A stretch of DNA of 64,000 nt. Source: Anaerolineales bacterium. Its GTDB lineage: Bacteria; Chloroflexota; Anaerolineae; Anaerolineales; UBA11579. This document shows, piece by piece, positions 1 to 7,835 of the stretch; positions within the stretch are counted from its first letter, which is position 1; each line of letters begins with the position of its first letter. Under the pieces are notes generated by a model that ran no database searches, was not told where the DNA came from, and worked only from the letters and a program-made list of their open reading frames with translations. Where the stretch lies: positions 1,528,712 to 1,592,711 of the forward strand of contig CP075526.1 in the NCBI GenBank assembly GCA_025808555.1. The letters are read 5' to 3'. The translations under genes were made by a program, and so were the position numbers.

Positions 1-1440
1 ACCATTGAGGACTGTGGCACCGACGAAGGCATCTGGATGCGCTCGGCTGACGATGTAGCTGACCAGTCGCTGGGCAACCGTATTTTTGGCCGCAACGTAG
101 CCCATAATGTTGTTGACCCGAACACTGGCGAAGTGCTGGTGGAGAAGGGCGGCCTGCTGGACCATGAGCAGGTGCGCAACGTTGTGGCTGCGGGTGTGCA
201 AGACGTGTTTGTCTTCTCTCCGCTCACGTGTGAAGCTGAAATGGGTATCTGCATCAAATGCTACGGCATGGATATGGGCCGCGGCCGCACCGTTGCTACT
301 GGCGCTGCTGTTGGCATCGTGGCCGCCCAGTCCATCGGTGAGCCGGGGACGCAGCTGACGCTGCGCACCTTCCACACCGGTGGTGTGGCCGCCGAATCCG
401 ACATCACCACCGGTCTCCCCCGTGTGGAAGAGCTCTTCGAAGCCCGCCGCCAGCCCAAGGGTGAAGCGGTTGTAGCCGAGCTGGGTGGCACGGTGGAAGT
501 GGCCCAGTCCGAGCGCTTCAGTGACCTGCGTGTCATCCGCATTCTGCACTCTGCCATGGTGCACGATGAGTACGACCTGCCCAAGGGCTACCGCATCGCC
601 GTCGAAGATGGCGACAAGGTGGAAGCCGGGCATGTCCTCGCCTCGTTGAAGGAAGAGGAACTGAAAGCCGAGAACGCCGGCAAAGTGCGCGTGGAGGACC
701 GCAAAGTCTTCGTCTCCTATGAGTTGAAAGACTCCGTGGAGTACGAGGTACCCAACACCACACGCATGCTGATCCAGAACGGCGCCAAGGTGGAGGCAGG
801 CCAGGCCCTCACTGAGGGTTCGCTGAACCCGCACTCCATCCTGCGCATTCAGGGCCGTGAAGCCTGCTACATGTATCTCCTCACCGAAGTGCAGCAGGTG
901 TATCGCTCACAGGGTCAGAACATTCACGATAAGCACTTTGAGGTCATCATCCGCAAGATGATGTCCAAGGTGCAGGTGACCCGCCCAGGCGACACCGGCT
1001 TGCTGCCGGGTGACTACGTCAACCGTCTGGACTTGCGCAAGAAGAACGAAGCCCTGCTGGCTGAGAGCAATGAGCCCGGCAAGTTTGTGGATGTGCTGCT
1101 GGGTATCACCAAGGCATCGCTCAGCACCGACTCGTTCCTGTCGGCGGCCTCCTTCCAGCACACCATCAAGGTGCTGGCCGGCGCAGCCATCGGCGGCCAG
1201 GAAGACCCGCTGACGGGCTTGAAGGAGAACGTCATCCTCGGCAAGCTGATCCCGGCGGGCACCGGCCACGAGGCCAATGCCCACCTGCTGCCGCAGCCCG
1301 AGCCGCGCCGCGAAGAGCTGGCGCCCTTAGGCGCTCCGCTGGGTGAGATGCCAATGAGCGATGGCTTCGGCCTCGGCGATGGCATCGGCCCGCTGCCTGA
1401 ACCGCCCGCCGACCCGCTGCCTCCGGTCAGCGAAGAATAA
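1..1440 (+). CDS. rpoC: DNA-directed RNA polymerase subunit beta' (C-terminal ~470 aa; 5' end upstream of window)
   Basis: Frame open from base 1; conserved beta' segments GEPGTQLTLRTFHTGG and SFLSAASFQHTIKVL; strong terminator follows. Confidence 0.93.
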   Translation, partial: TIEDCGTDEGIWMRSADDVADQSLGNRIFGRNVAHNVVDPNTGEVLVEKGGLLDHEQVRNVVAAGVQDVFVFSPLTCEAEMGICIKCYGMDMGRGRTVATGAAVGIVAAQSIGEPGTQLTLRTFHTGGVAAESDITTGLPRVEELFEARRQPKGEAVVAELGGTVEVAQSERFSDLRVIRILHSAMVHDEYDLPKGYRIAVEDGDKVEAGHVLASLKEEELKAENAGKVRVEDRKVFVSYELKDSVEYEVPNTTRMLIQNGAKVEAGQALTEGSLNPHSILRIQGREACYMYLLTEVQQVYRSQGQNIHDKHFEVIIRKMMSKVQVTRPGDTGLLPGDYVNRLDLRKKNEALLAESNEPGKFVDVLLGITKASLSTDSFLSAASFQHTIKVLAGAAIGGQEDPLTGLKENVILGKLIPAGTGHEANAHLLPQPEPRREELAPLGAPLGEMPMSDGFGLGDGIGPLPEPPADPLPPVSEE

Positions 1441-1449
1441 GCGAAACTA

Positions 1450-1484
1450 AAAACCGCCCGCACATTGTGCGGGCGGTTTTTTTA
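1450..1484 (+). terminator. Rho-independent terminator of rpoC
   Basis: CCGCCCGCAC/GTGCGGGCGG stem followed by a T7 run. Confidence 0.85.
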
Positions 1485-1625
1485 TGCGATGTGTCATCCT
1501 GAACGGGTGAGGACAGCTACACCGGACGCTGAGGCAAGTCTAGCGAAGGATCCTTGCAGCCATGTCTTCTATATTGAGCTTGAGTTATCTGCTTCACTTG
1601 GCTCAGCATGCAACACCCAGTATGC

Positions 1626-2774
1626 CTACTCCTCAAACACCGCGTCCAGCGGCGGCAGCTCGCCGCCGCAGTTCTGCGCAAACCACGCGGCTTCCGCCGC
1701 GTAGTTTGCCCGCGCGAACTGCTCGGCCGCATCGCCGATCTCGGCCGCCTGGCGCAGGTTCAGCTCGGCGGCCGAGTCCCAGAAGCGTGGCAGCAGCAGC
1801 AGCGGGTTGGCGATGGCACGCTCCTCCTCGCCTTGCGGGATCCAATTGAACGCGATCGGCCCGCGTGAGTACACCGTAAAGCCGATCTCATACCCCAGCT
1901 CATCCAGCATGGCCACACCGGCCGCACTGAAGTTGCCGCCGGTCCAGATATGGGCGATGGGCCATTGGCCGAAGTGCTGCTCCAGGATCGGCCGGTTGTC
2001 GCCCAGCTCACTGCGCAAAAAGTCTGCGCTCTCACCGCCCACGATAGGGATATGGTTCAGCCCGTGCGACTGTACATCGAAGGCGCCAGTCTCGTTCAAA
2101 CGCTCGATCCAATCCCACAGGCTCTCGCTGCTATTCTCGCCCGTGCGCTGGTCCGTGTCGCCAATGATCCAGCCCAGCGTCGTGCCCCAGCCGTACTCTT
2201 CATACAGCGGCAGGAAGTACTCCTGGGCTGTGCCGGCGCGGCGGTCGTCCAGGATCAGCAGCATGCTGCGCGGCGGGATGGCGGTGTTGTTGTGCAAAAA
2301 GTCCACCAGCTGCTGGCTGGTGATGGTTTCGTAGCCCAGCTTGCGGGCCACTTCGACGATGCGATAAAAGGTCACCTCGTTGATATCTTGCGAGAGGCTA
2401 GGTACCGCGTTGCCGCGCAGAATGCTGTGATACATGATCGGCGCCACAACAGTGCCAGGCGGGCTGCCCGCCGGGTCCCAGCGCTTGGCCAGGTACTCGC
2501 ACTGGTCGGCTATGTAGCTGGCCGGCTGTACCCAGGCGCGCAAAAGACTGCTGGTGAAGCTGGCAGGCTCGGGCGCCGGAGTGGGCGTGATGGCGGGTGT
2601 GCTGGTGTGCTGCGGAAAGGGGCTGGCGCTGGGCGTATGCGTTGCCACCGAAGGCGGGAACGGGCTTGGCGTGGTGCTGGGTTCTGCAATTGGCGCCGCG
2701 GTGGGTAGGCTGCAGGCGGCCAACAGGCATGCGAGCAACAACGTAACCAGATTTCGGGGACTTAACACCAACAC
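1626..2774 (-). CDS. Polysaccharide deacetylase (NodB-like) family lipoprotein
   Basis: Lipobox LLAAC; Pro/Thr-rich linker; LILDDRR and QSHGLNH resemble NodB motifs. Confidence 0.6.
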   Translation of the reverse strand: MLVLSPRNLVTLLLACLLAACSLPTAAPIAEPSTTPSPFPPSVATHTPSASPFPQHTSTPAITPTPAPEPASFTSSLLRAWVQPASYIADQCEYLAKRWDPAGSPPGTVVAPIMYHSILRGNAVPSLSQDINEVTFYRIVEVARKLGYETITSQQLVDFLHNNTAIPPRSMLLILDDRRAGTAQEYFLPLYEEYGWGTTLGWIIGDTDQRTGENSSESLWDWIERLNETGAFDVQSHGLNHIPIVGGESADFLRSELGDNRPILEQHFGQWPIAHIWTGGNFSAAGVAMLDELGYEIGFTVYSRGPIAFNWIPQGEEERAIANPLLLLPRFWDSAAELNLRQAAEIGDAAEQFARANYAAEAAWFAQNCGGELPPLDAVFEE

Positions 2775-2809
2775 ATTGTACAGTCAGCACAGGAGCAGTG
2801 AACTGCTTG

Positions 2810-3907
2810 TTACTTCACCGTGAAGTACGTGTGGTGATAGGCGATCTTGTTATGTTGCACAGCAAGCGAATCTTTGCCGTCCAGCACGCGGCCTTTGTCC
2901 GAGGTGGCCGTCCAAGTCAGGATGCGCAGGTTCTTGTTACTGGTCGAGCCGGTGATCTCGAAGCGCGCGCCCGGTAGCGTGTCGCGTAACAGCGAGTTGT
3001 ACCAGCGCAGGATGCCTTCGCTCCCCTGCACAGTGCGCTGGGCAGTGACATGCACGCCCGCGTTGCCATATAGCGCGGCCACTTTCACCGGGTCGCGTGA
3101 GTTGAGCGCATCCAGAAAGCGGATGCTGATGTCCGGCTCCGGCGCGGGCTTGACCGCCCACGGGAACTTGCTCACCGCGTCCCAAAGACCGCTGATGCGG
3201 CGGGCGTAATACCACTCCCAGAAGTTGGCGCCAGGAATGTTGTTGTCTTTGCAGGCCTGCATGAACTCGGTGATCTGGCCGGGCGTCGGGTTCCAGTTGC
3301 CATCGGGGTAAGCGGCGCCCGTGGGCAGGATCGGCCGCCAGACGCTGAGCGCCTGATGCTCGCGCACCGAACGCAGCAATTGTTGGGCCGGGTTGGATGA
3401 CTGCACCCAATACACCTGGGGCATGTTGATGTCGCTGTATTGCAGGAAGACCTCGAACGGCAGCGGGCGGTGCAGGGTAGGGTAGCGATAACTGCTGAAT
3501 CCGATCGGCGTGCCCGGCAGGCCGGCCCGCAGCGCCTGCATGTATTGCCGGGCGGGCACATCCATGCCCTTCACCTTGAATTCCTTCTCAGCATTCACCA
3601 CAAAACCATCCAGGCTGAACTGCTTGACGCGCTGGATCGCCATGGCAGCCTCGGCCGCCGGGTTGGTGCCGTAAATATATTGCCAGCCCCAGGGCTGGAT
3701 ACCCCGCGCCCGCAGCGCCGAAACCACGCCGGGCACATGGTCAAATCCGTTGCTGTCTACGTTGTACTTGTAGTTGCGGTCAGCCACCTTGATCAACACA
3801 TGGGTCATCCCCGCTTGGTGGGCCAGCTCGGCGATGCGGTTGGGGTCACCCCCTTCCACCCGGCTGATGATCCACAGGTACATACCTTTTCCGCTAAGAA
3901 TGCTCAT
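2810..3907 (-). CDS. TIM-barrel glycoside-hydrolase-like domain fused to C-terminal SnoaL/NTF2-like domain
   Basis: N-terminal pattern GMYLW..GGDP..IAELAHQAGMTHVLIKVADR; C-terminal ~110 aa NTF2-like; GAGGTG SD before ATG. Confidence 0.45.
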   Translation of the reverse strand: MSILSGKGMYLWIISRVEGGDPNRIAELAHQAGMTHVLIKVADRNYKYNVDSNGFDHVPGVVSALRARGIQPWGWQYIYGTNPAAEAAMAIQRVKQFSLDGFVVNAEKEFKVKGMDVPARQYMQALRAGLPGTPIGFSSYRYPTLHRPLPFEVFLQYSDINMPQVYWVQSSNPAQQLLRSVREHQALSVWRPILPTGAAYPDGNWNPTPGQITEFMQACKDNNIPGANFWEWYYARRISGLWDAVSKFPWAVKPAPEPDISIRFLDALNSRDPVKVAALYGNAGVHVTAQRTVQGSEGILRWYNSLLRDTLPGARFEITGSTSNKNLRILTWTATSDKGRVLDGKDSLAVQHNKIAYHHTYFTVK

Positions 3908-4094
3908 TTGATCACCTCGATGTGGCTTGTGTCAGCTTGCAACAATCTGCCTGCAGGCGCGCCGCGCTGGCCTGCTGGCGCTTGCCTGTATGCAGATTGA
4001 ATGAATCCAAATGGTGTGCGCATTGCCGCATCATCTCCCCCTTAGGTTTGCAAGTTGTGTGCCAGCTGGGCCGCTGATGCACGGGCATAAAATA

Positions 4095-4122
4095 CCAAAA
4101 AGCCTGCTGATGCAGGCTTTTC
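4095..4122 (-). terminator. Terminator downstream of the HD-domain gene
   Basis: AGCCTGC/GCAGGCT stem flanked by A and T runs. Confidence 0.6.
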
Positions 4123-4154
4123 GGCATAGAAATCAAGGGCTTGGACAGGAGAGG

Positions 4155-4736
4155 CTAGCTGGCGCCACCCTCGGGGTTGCCCACCAGGCCCAGCTCGGCG
4201 GCATTGGCCTGCATGGCCGCCAGCACGTTGCCCGCATGCTCCCACAGATCCAGGCCCAGCTCACCAGCGCCGTCCTCCATCTCCTCGCGGTTGGCGCCCG
4301 CGGCAAACGCGCGGTCTTTCCATTTGTTCTTGATCGATTTAACGCTCACATCCAGGATCGAGCGCGAGGGCCGCACCAGCGCCACGGCGGTGATCAGGCC
4401 GGCCAGCTCGTCGCAGGCATACAGCGCCTTTTGCATCTGTGTGGTGCGCGGCACGCCGCTGTGGTTGGCGTGGCTCAACACCGCCTGCACGATCTCCTCC
4501 GGCACGCCGCGCTCCCTCAAAATAGGTGCGCCATCTTGGGGATGCGCCTCCAGGCTGGGGTGGATCTCCCAGTCAAAGTCGTGCAGCAGGCCAGCCAGGC
4601 CCCATGGCTCTGCATCCTCCCCATAGATCTTGGCGTAGTGGCGCATTGCGGTTTCCACGCTCAGCATATGGCGCACCAGCCCTTCGTTCTTCACATGCTC
4701 GCGCACGATGGCAAGGGCTTCGTCTCGTGTGGTCAT
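4155..4736 (-). CDS. HD-domain phosphohydrolase
   Basis: AGLLHDFDWE HD signature, ~190 aa. Confidence 0.7.
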   Translation of the reverse strand: MTTRDEALAIVREHVKNEGLVRHMLSVETAMRHYAKIYGEDAEPWGLAGLLHDFDWEIHPSLEAHPQDGAPILRERGVPEEIVQAVLSHANHSGVPRTTQMQKALYACDELAGLITAVALVRPSRSILDVSVKSIKNKWKDRAFAAGANREEMEDGAGELGLDLWEHAGNVLAAMQANAAELGLVGNPEGGAS

Positions 4737-4761
4737 TGGTCTAATCCTCGTGGGGCATTCT

Positions 4762-4778
4762 ACGCCTGATTCAGGCGT
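4762..4778. promoter_or_regulatory. Perfect 17-bp palindrome ACGCCTGAtTCAGGCGT in a divergent promoter region (putative operator)
   Basis: 8+1+8 perfect inverted repeat directly abutting the TAGAAT -10 of the minus-strand HD gene. Confidence 0.4.
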
Positions 4779-4802
4779 GACTCCAAGCTGGATTCATTCT
4801 AT

Positions 4803-4808
4803 TACAAT
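4803..4808 (+). promoter_or_regulatory. -10 box TACAAT, 6 nt before ATG 4815 (leaderless-type)
   Basis: Hexamer-N6-ATG, no room for SD. Confidence 0.45.
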
Positions 4809-4814
4809 TCCTGC

Positions 4815-5678
4815 ATGGCTTTTCGATTTGGAACCGTAGGCGCGCCGATCTCGGCGCCCAAGAAACCCGGCGGCAGCGTGGGCGCCGTCCAGCACATCCG
4901 CGCCCTGGGCTTTGGGGCGCTCGAGTTAGGTTGGGTGCAGTCCGTGCGCGTCAGCGAGGAAACCTGTGCCGCCATCCGCCAGCAGGCTAAGGAATCGGAT
5001 GTGCTGCTCAGCGTGCATGCGCCGTACTATATCAACCTCAACGCCAACTTTGAAGAATGGCCCAATGCGCGCCGCCGTCTGATGGATGCCGCCCACTACG
5101 GCAACCTGGCCGGCGCCACCGAGATCATCTTTCATCCCGGCAGCTACAGCGGTAAGCCGCCTGAGGAGGCCATGAAGCTGGCCAAGGCCCGCCTGCAGGA
5201 TTGTGTGGCCGAGCTGCGCCGCAACAGGAACCCGGTCACCCTGCGCCCCGAGACGATGGGCAAATCTAACCAGCTGGGCACGCTGGAGGAAAACCTGGAG
5301 ATGGCCCGCGAAATTCCCGGCGTGGTGCCCTGCGTTGATTTTGCCCACCTGCATGCGCGTGCCGGCGACGGCAGCATGAACAGTTACGACGAGTGGATGG
5401 TGGTGCTGGGCAAATACCGCGACGCGCTGAGCACAGACGCGCTGAAGAACATGAGCTGCCATCTCTCCGGCATTGCTTACACGCCGGCGGGCGAAAAGAA
5501 CCACCTCACCATCGCCGAATCTGATTTCAATCTTGAAGAATTGTTCCGCGCCCTCAAAGATATGGATTGTGGCGGGCGTATCCTGAGCGAAAGCCCCATT
5601 CTTGAAGAAGACGCCAAACTGTATCAGCAGACCTGGGAACGACTGGGCGGCGAAGTGATCCACGGGCAGCCCGCTTGA
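4815..5678 (+). CDS. Endonuclease IV family / xylose-isomerase-like TIM-barrel protein
   Basis: HAPYYINL, IFHPGS, RPETMG, CVDFAHLHA match the Nfo metal-ligand pattern. Confidence 0.65.
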   Translation: MAFRFGTVGAPISAPKKPGGSVGAVQHIRALGFGALELGWVQSVRVSEETCAAIRQQAKESDVLLSVHAPYYINLNANFEEWPNARRRLMDAAHYGNLAGATEIIFHPGSYSGKPPEEAMKLAKARLQDCVAELRRNRNPVTLRPETMGKSNQLGTLEENLEMAREIPGVVPCVDFAHLHARAGDGSMNSYDEWMVVLGKYRDALSTDALKNMSCHLSGIAYTPAGEKNHLTIAESDFNLEELFRALKDMDCGGRILSESPILEEDAKLYQQTWERLGGEVIHGQPA

Positions 5679-6319
5679 AACTAGCCGAGCGCCAGGCGCG
5701 CTTTGACCAACTCCAGCTGGCCATGCGTGCCTGCCGCCAATGCCTGGCGGCAGGCTATTACATTGAGCCGCCGGCGGTGACGCGTGGCAGCGTGAAGGCG
5801 CGCATGATGACCGTGGGTCAGGCGCCCGGCGTCACCGAAGTGGTCGCCAGGCGCCCCTTCAATGCCGGCAGCGGCAAGCGTTTATTCCAATGGCTGGGTG
5901 AAGCGGGTATAGACGAAGATTGGTTTCGCCGCACGCAGTACATGACCTCGGTCACCAAATGTTTCCCGGGCAAGAACAAGACTGGCGGCGGTGACCGGGC
6001 ACCCTCGCCCCGCGAGCAGCAGCTGTGCCGCCCATTCCTGGATCAGGAACTGGCGCTGGTGCGGCCCAAGCTCATCATCCCCATTGGCAAAATGGCCATC
6101 GAGACCTTTTACGGCCGCGGCATTGTGCTGGAGGAAGTGATCGGCACTGAAATGCAGCGCGATGGCGTTTGGTACGTACCCCTGCCGCACCCTTCGGGCG
6201 CCAGCCGCTGGCACCAGATCGCCGCCAACCGCGTCCGCATTCAGCAGGCCATCGCCCTTATCACCGCGCAGTACGGGCGTTTGTTTCCAGCCAAGCAAAA
6301 AGGTGTCGCCCGAGCGTAG
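5675..6319 (+). CDS. Uracil-DNA glycosylase superfamily protein (family 4/5-like)
   Basis: GQAPG and HPSGASRW motifs; TTG start overlaps the upstream stop (start uncertain, ATG at 5723 possible). Confidence 0.65.
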   Translation: MKLAERQARFDQLQLAMRACRQCLAAGYYIEPPAVTRGSVKARMMTVGQAPGVTEVVARRPFNAGSGKRLFQWLGEAGIDEDWFRRTQYMTSVTKCFPGKNKTGGGDRAPSPREQQLCRPFLDQELALVRPKLIIPIGKMAIETFYGRGIVLEEVIGTEMQRDGVWYVPLPHPSGASRWHQIAANRVRIQQAIALITAQYGRLFPAKQKGVARA

Positions 6320-6649
6320 CGAAGGGCAATCACTCAGCTGGTTCAAATAAAGCTTACTGAAATTGAAGCCTCGATGTCACTACCTTGACATCCTGCAGCA
6401 ATTCCCGTTCATCAGCCTCGAGCATGGTATATCCACAGCCATGGCTCATCCGACCATTGAATTTGTCGCTCGTTGCTTCCCTCTTCCACGATGGCTTGCT
6501 GTCAAGGAACTTGAACTATTAACTGAACCCCGCACGCCCATGATGATTAGTAAAACTTTTCCCAGACCCTGCGCAATTCCAGCCATGCCAGCGTCGCACC
6601 AGTCTGCAAAAGTTTTAACCAATTCGTCGGAAAGTTAAAAGTGTAAACT

Positions 6650-6660
6650 TTACGGGGGAA
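6650..6660 (-). repeat. Copy A of motif TTTCCCCCGTA
   Basis: Read on minus strand; followed by a weak AAAGTT/AACTTT hairpin. Confidence 0.6.
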
Positions 6661-6680
6661 AGTATTAATCTTGTCAAGTT

Positions 6681-6691
6681 CTACGGGGGAA
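6681..6691 (-). repeat. Copy B of motif TTTCCCCCGTA
   Basis: 31 bp from copy A, same orientation. Confidence 0.6.
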
Positions 6692-6733
6692 AGTTTTAAC
6701 TTATATCAAGCCCGCTGCAAGACAAGCCTGTGT

Positions 6734-7834
6734 CTACTCAGCCAGCACTTGCTGCCGTGTCTGGCGGCGGCCGCGCCAGCGCATCGCCGCGATCAGCCGC
6801 GGCAGCACCTGCGTATACAAGCCATACACCGCAGGCTGCACCGGCAGGTCCCAGGCGCCGATGTGGCGGGCCTCATACGCCCCCAAGCTAAGCTTGAAGC
6901 GATACACACCCCACATCGGGTCGTCCTCAGTGAACTCGTCCGGCGCACCCCACAGGTCGTACACCTTGCAGCCCGCCTCGCGGCTGGCACGGATTGCTTC
7001 CCACTGCAGCAAATAATTCGGCATCGTTTCGCGGTGCAGGGCACGCGACATGCCGTAGATGTACCAGGACTGCTCGCCATAGATGAACAGCATCAGCCCG
7101 GCCACCACTTCGCCCTCCACTTCCGCCAGCAGCGGCACCAGGAGCCCCGCCTCGTAGAACTCGTCCCATACGGCCCGGTAATACTGCTCATTGCGGATGA
7201 TAAAACCATCCCGCACCGAGGTCTCGGCGTACATCTTGTAGAAGGTGGGGAAATCGGCGGGCGTGCCGCGGCGCACCGTGACGCCCTTTTTCTGCGAGAG
7301 GCGCAAGTTGTAGCGGCCCTTCTGCTTCATGGCCGCCAGAAGCTCCTCATCGCTCTTGTCGACGTCGATGAGCATGGTGTTGTGCATCTGCACCTGCTCA
7401 TTGGAGTAGCGCCAGCCTGCCGCTTTCAGCTCGGCCACAAAATCGGCCGCGGCCGGCACTGTGCGCTCGTCCTCGGCGCCTGGCAGGCCGTAGCCGTACG
7501 CCAGGTCAGGGTCGATCTTGATGAAGAACGCGCCAAGCTCCTGCGCAATCTCGCGCAAGTCGGCCAGCACCCGGGTGCGCAGGGCCGCATCGTTCCAGTC
7601 GGCCAGCAGCGGCCCCTTGGGCACATACAGCATGCACACCTCTTTGCCCAGCAGCGGCAGGCGCACGCTGCGTTGCAGGATCTGGGCGGCAGCTACTAGC
7701 TTACCGTCCTGCTCCCAGGTCTTGTAGTGCGCCGTCCAACCAAAGGGTTCCTTGGCGCGTGCCCACTGGCCGGTCTGCAGCAGGTGAGGGCGCGGCAATT
7801 GGCTGATGAAGGCGTTCCAGGCGTGAGTGTCCAT
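6734..7834 (-). CDS. FemAB-family (aminoacyl-tRNA-dependent peptidyltransferase-like) protein
   Basis: N-terminal WNAF..LP..HLLQTGQWA..K, LYVPKGP and overall FemX-like layout; ATG 7834 lies 1 nt after the upstream stop. Confidence 0.65.
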   Translation of the reverse strand: MDTHAWNAFISQLPRPHLLQTGQWARAKEPFGWTAHYKTWEQDGKLVAAAQILQRSVRLPLLGKEVCMLYVPKGPLLADWNDAALRTRVLADLREIAQELGAFFIKIDPDLAYGYGLPGAEDERTVPAAADFVAELKAAGWRYSNEQVQMHNTMLIDVDKSDEELLAAMKQKGRYNLRLSQKKGVTVRRGTPADFPTFYKMYAETSVRDGFIIRNEQYYRAVWDEFYEAGLLVPLLAEVEGEVVAGLMLFIYGEQSWYIYGMSRALHRETMPNYLLQWEAIRASREAGCKVYDLWGAPDEFTEDDPMWGVYRFKLSLGAYEARHIGAWDLPVQPAVYGLYTQVLPRLIAAMRWRGRRQTRQQVLAE

Positions 7835-7835
7835 G

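Noticed and set aside
1465-1868. Several 60-95 codon ORFs downstream of rpoC and overlapping the deacetylase gene 3' end
   Set aside because: They start inside or after the rpoC terminator, overlap a better-supported gene and are Arg/Pro/Ala-rich shadow frames.
3912-4136. 74-codon minus-strand ORF spanning the intergenic region upstream of the GH-like gene
   Set aside because: It overlaps the terminator hairpin of the HD gene, has poor codon usage and no motif. I treated the region as leader or regulatory RNA instead.
6400-6470. HGCGY pentapeptide in a minus-strand frame here, identical to the RHGCGY of lipoprotein paralog 2 at 59.1 kb (possible third decayed paralog)
   Set aside because: Translating the frame upstream gave no similarity to the conserved GFFY..GF.LSF block. 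A 5-residue match alone is most likely chance.
6363-6638. 91-codon + strand ORF in the low-GC orphan region
   Set aside because: It has a TTG start, no SD or -10 signature, atypical composition and no recognisable motif. I kept the region as a finding but did not call this a gene.
6671-6676. Perfect TTGACA on the minus strand between the two TTTCCCCCGTA copies (possible promoter for the 46-58 codon minus ORF)
   Set aside because: No acceptable -10 hexamer lies at 16-18 nt spacing; the best, TAAAGT, is at 20 nt.
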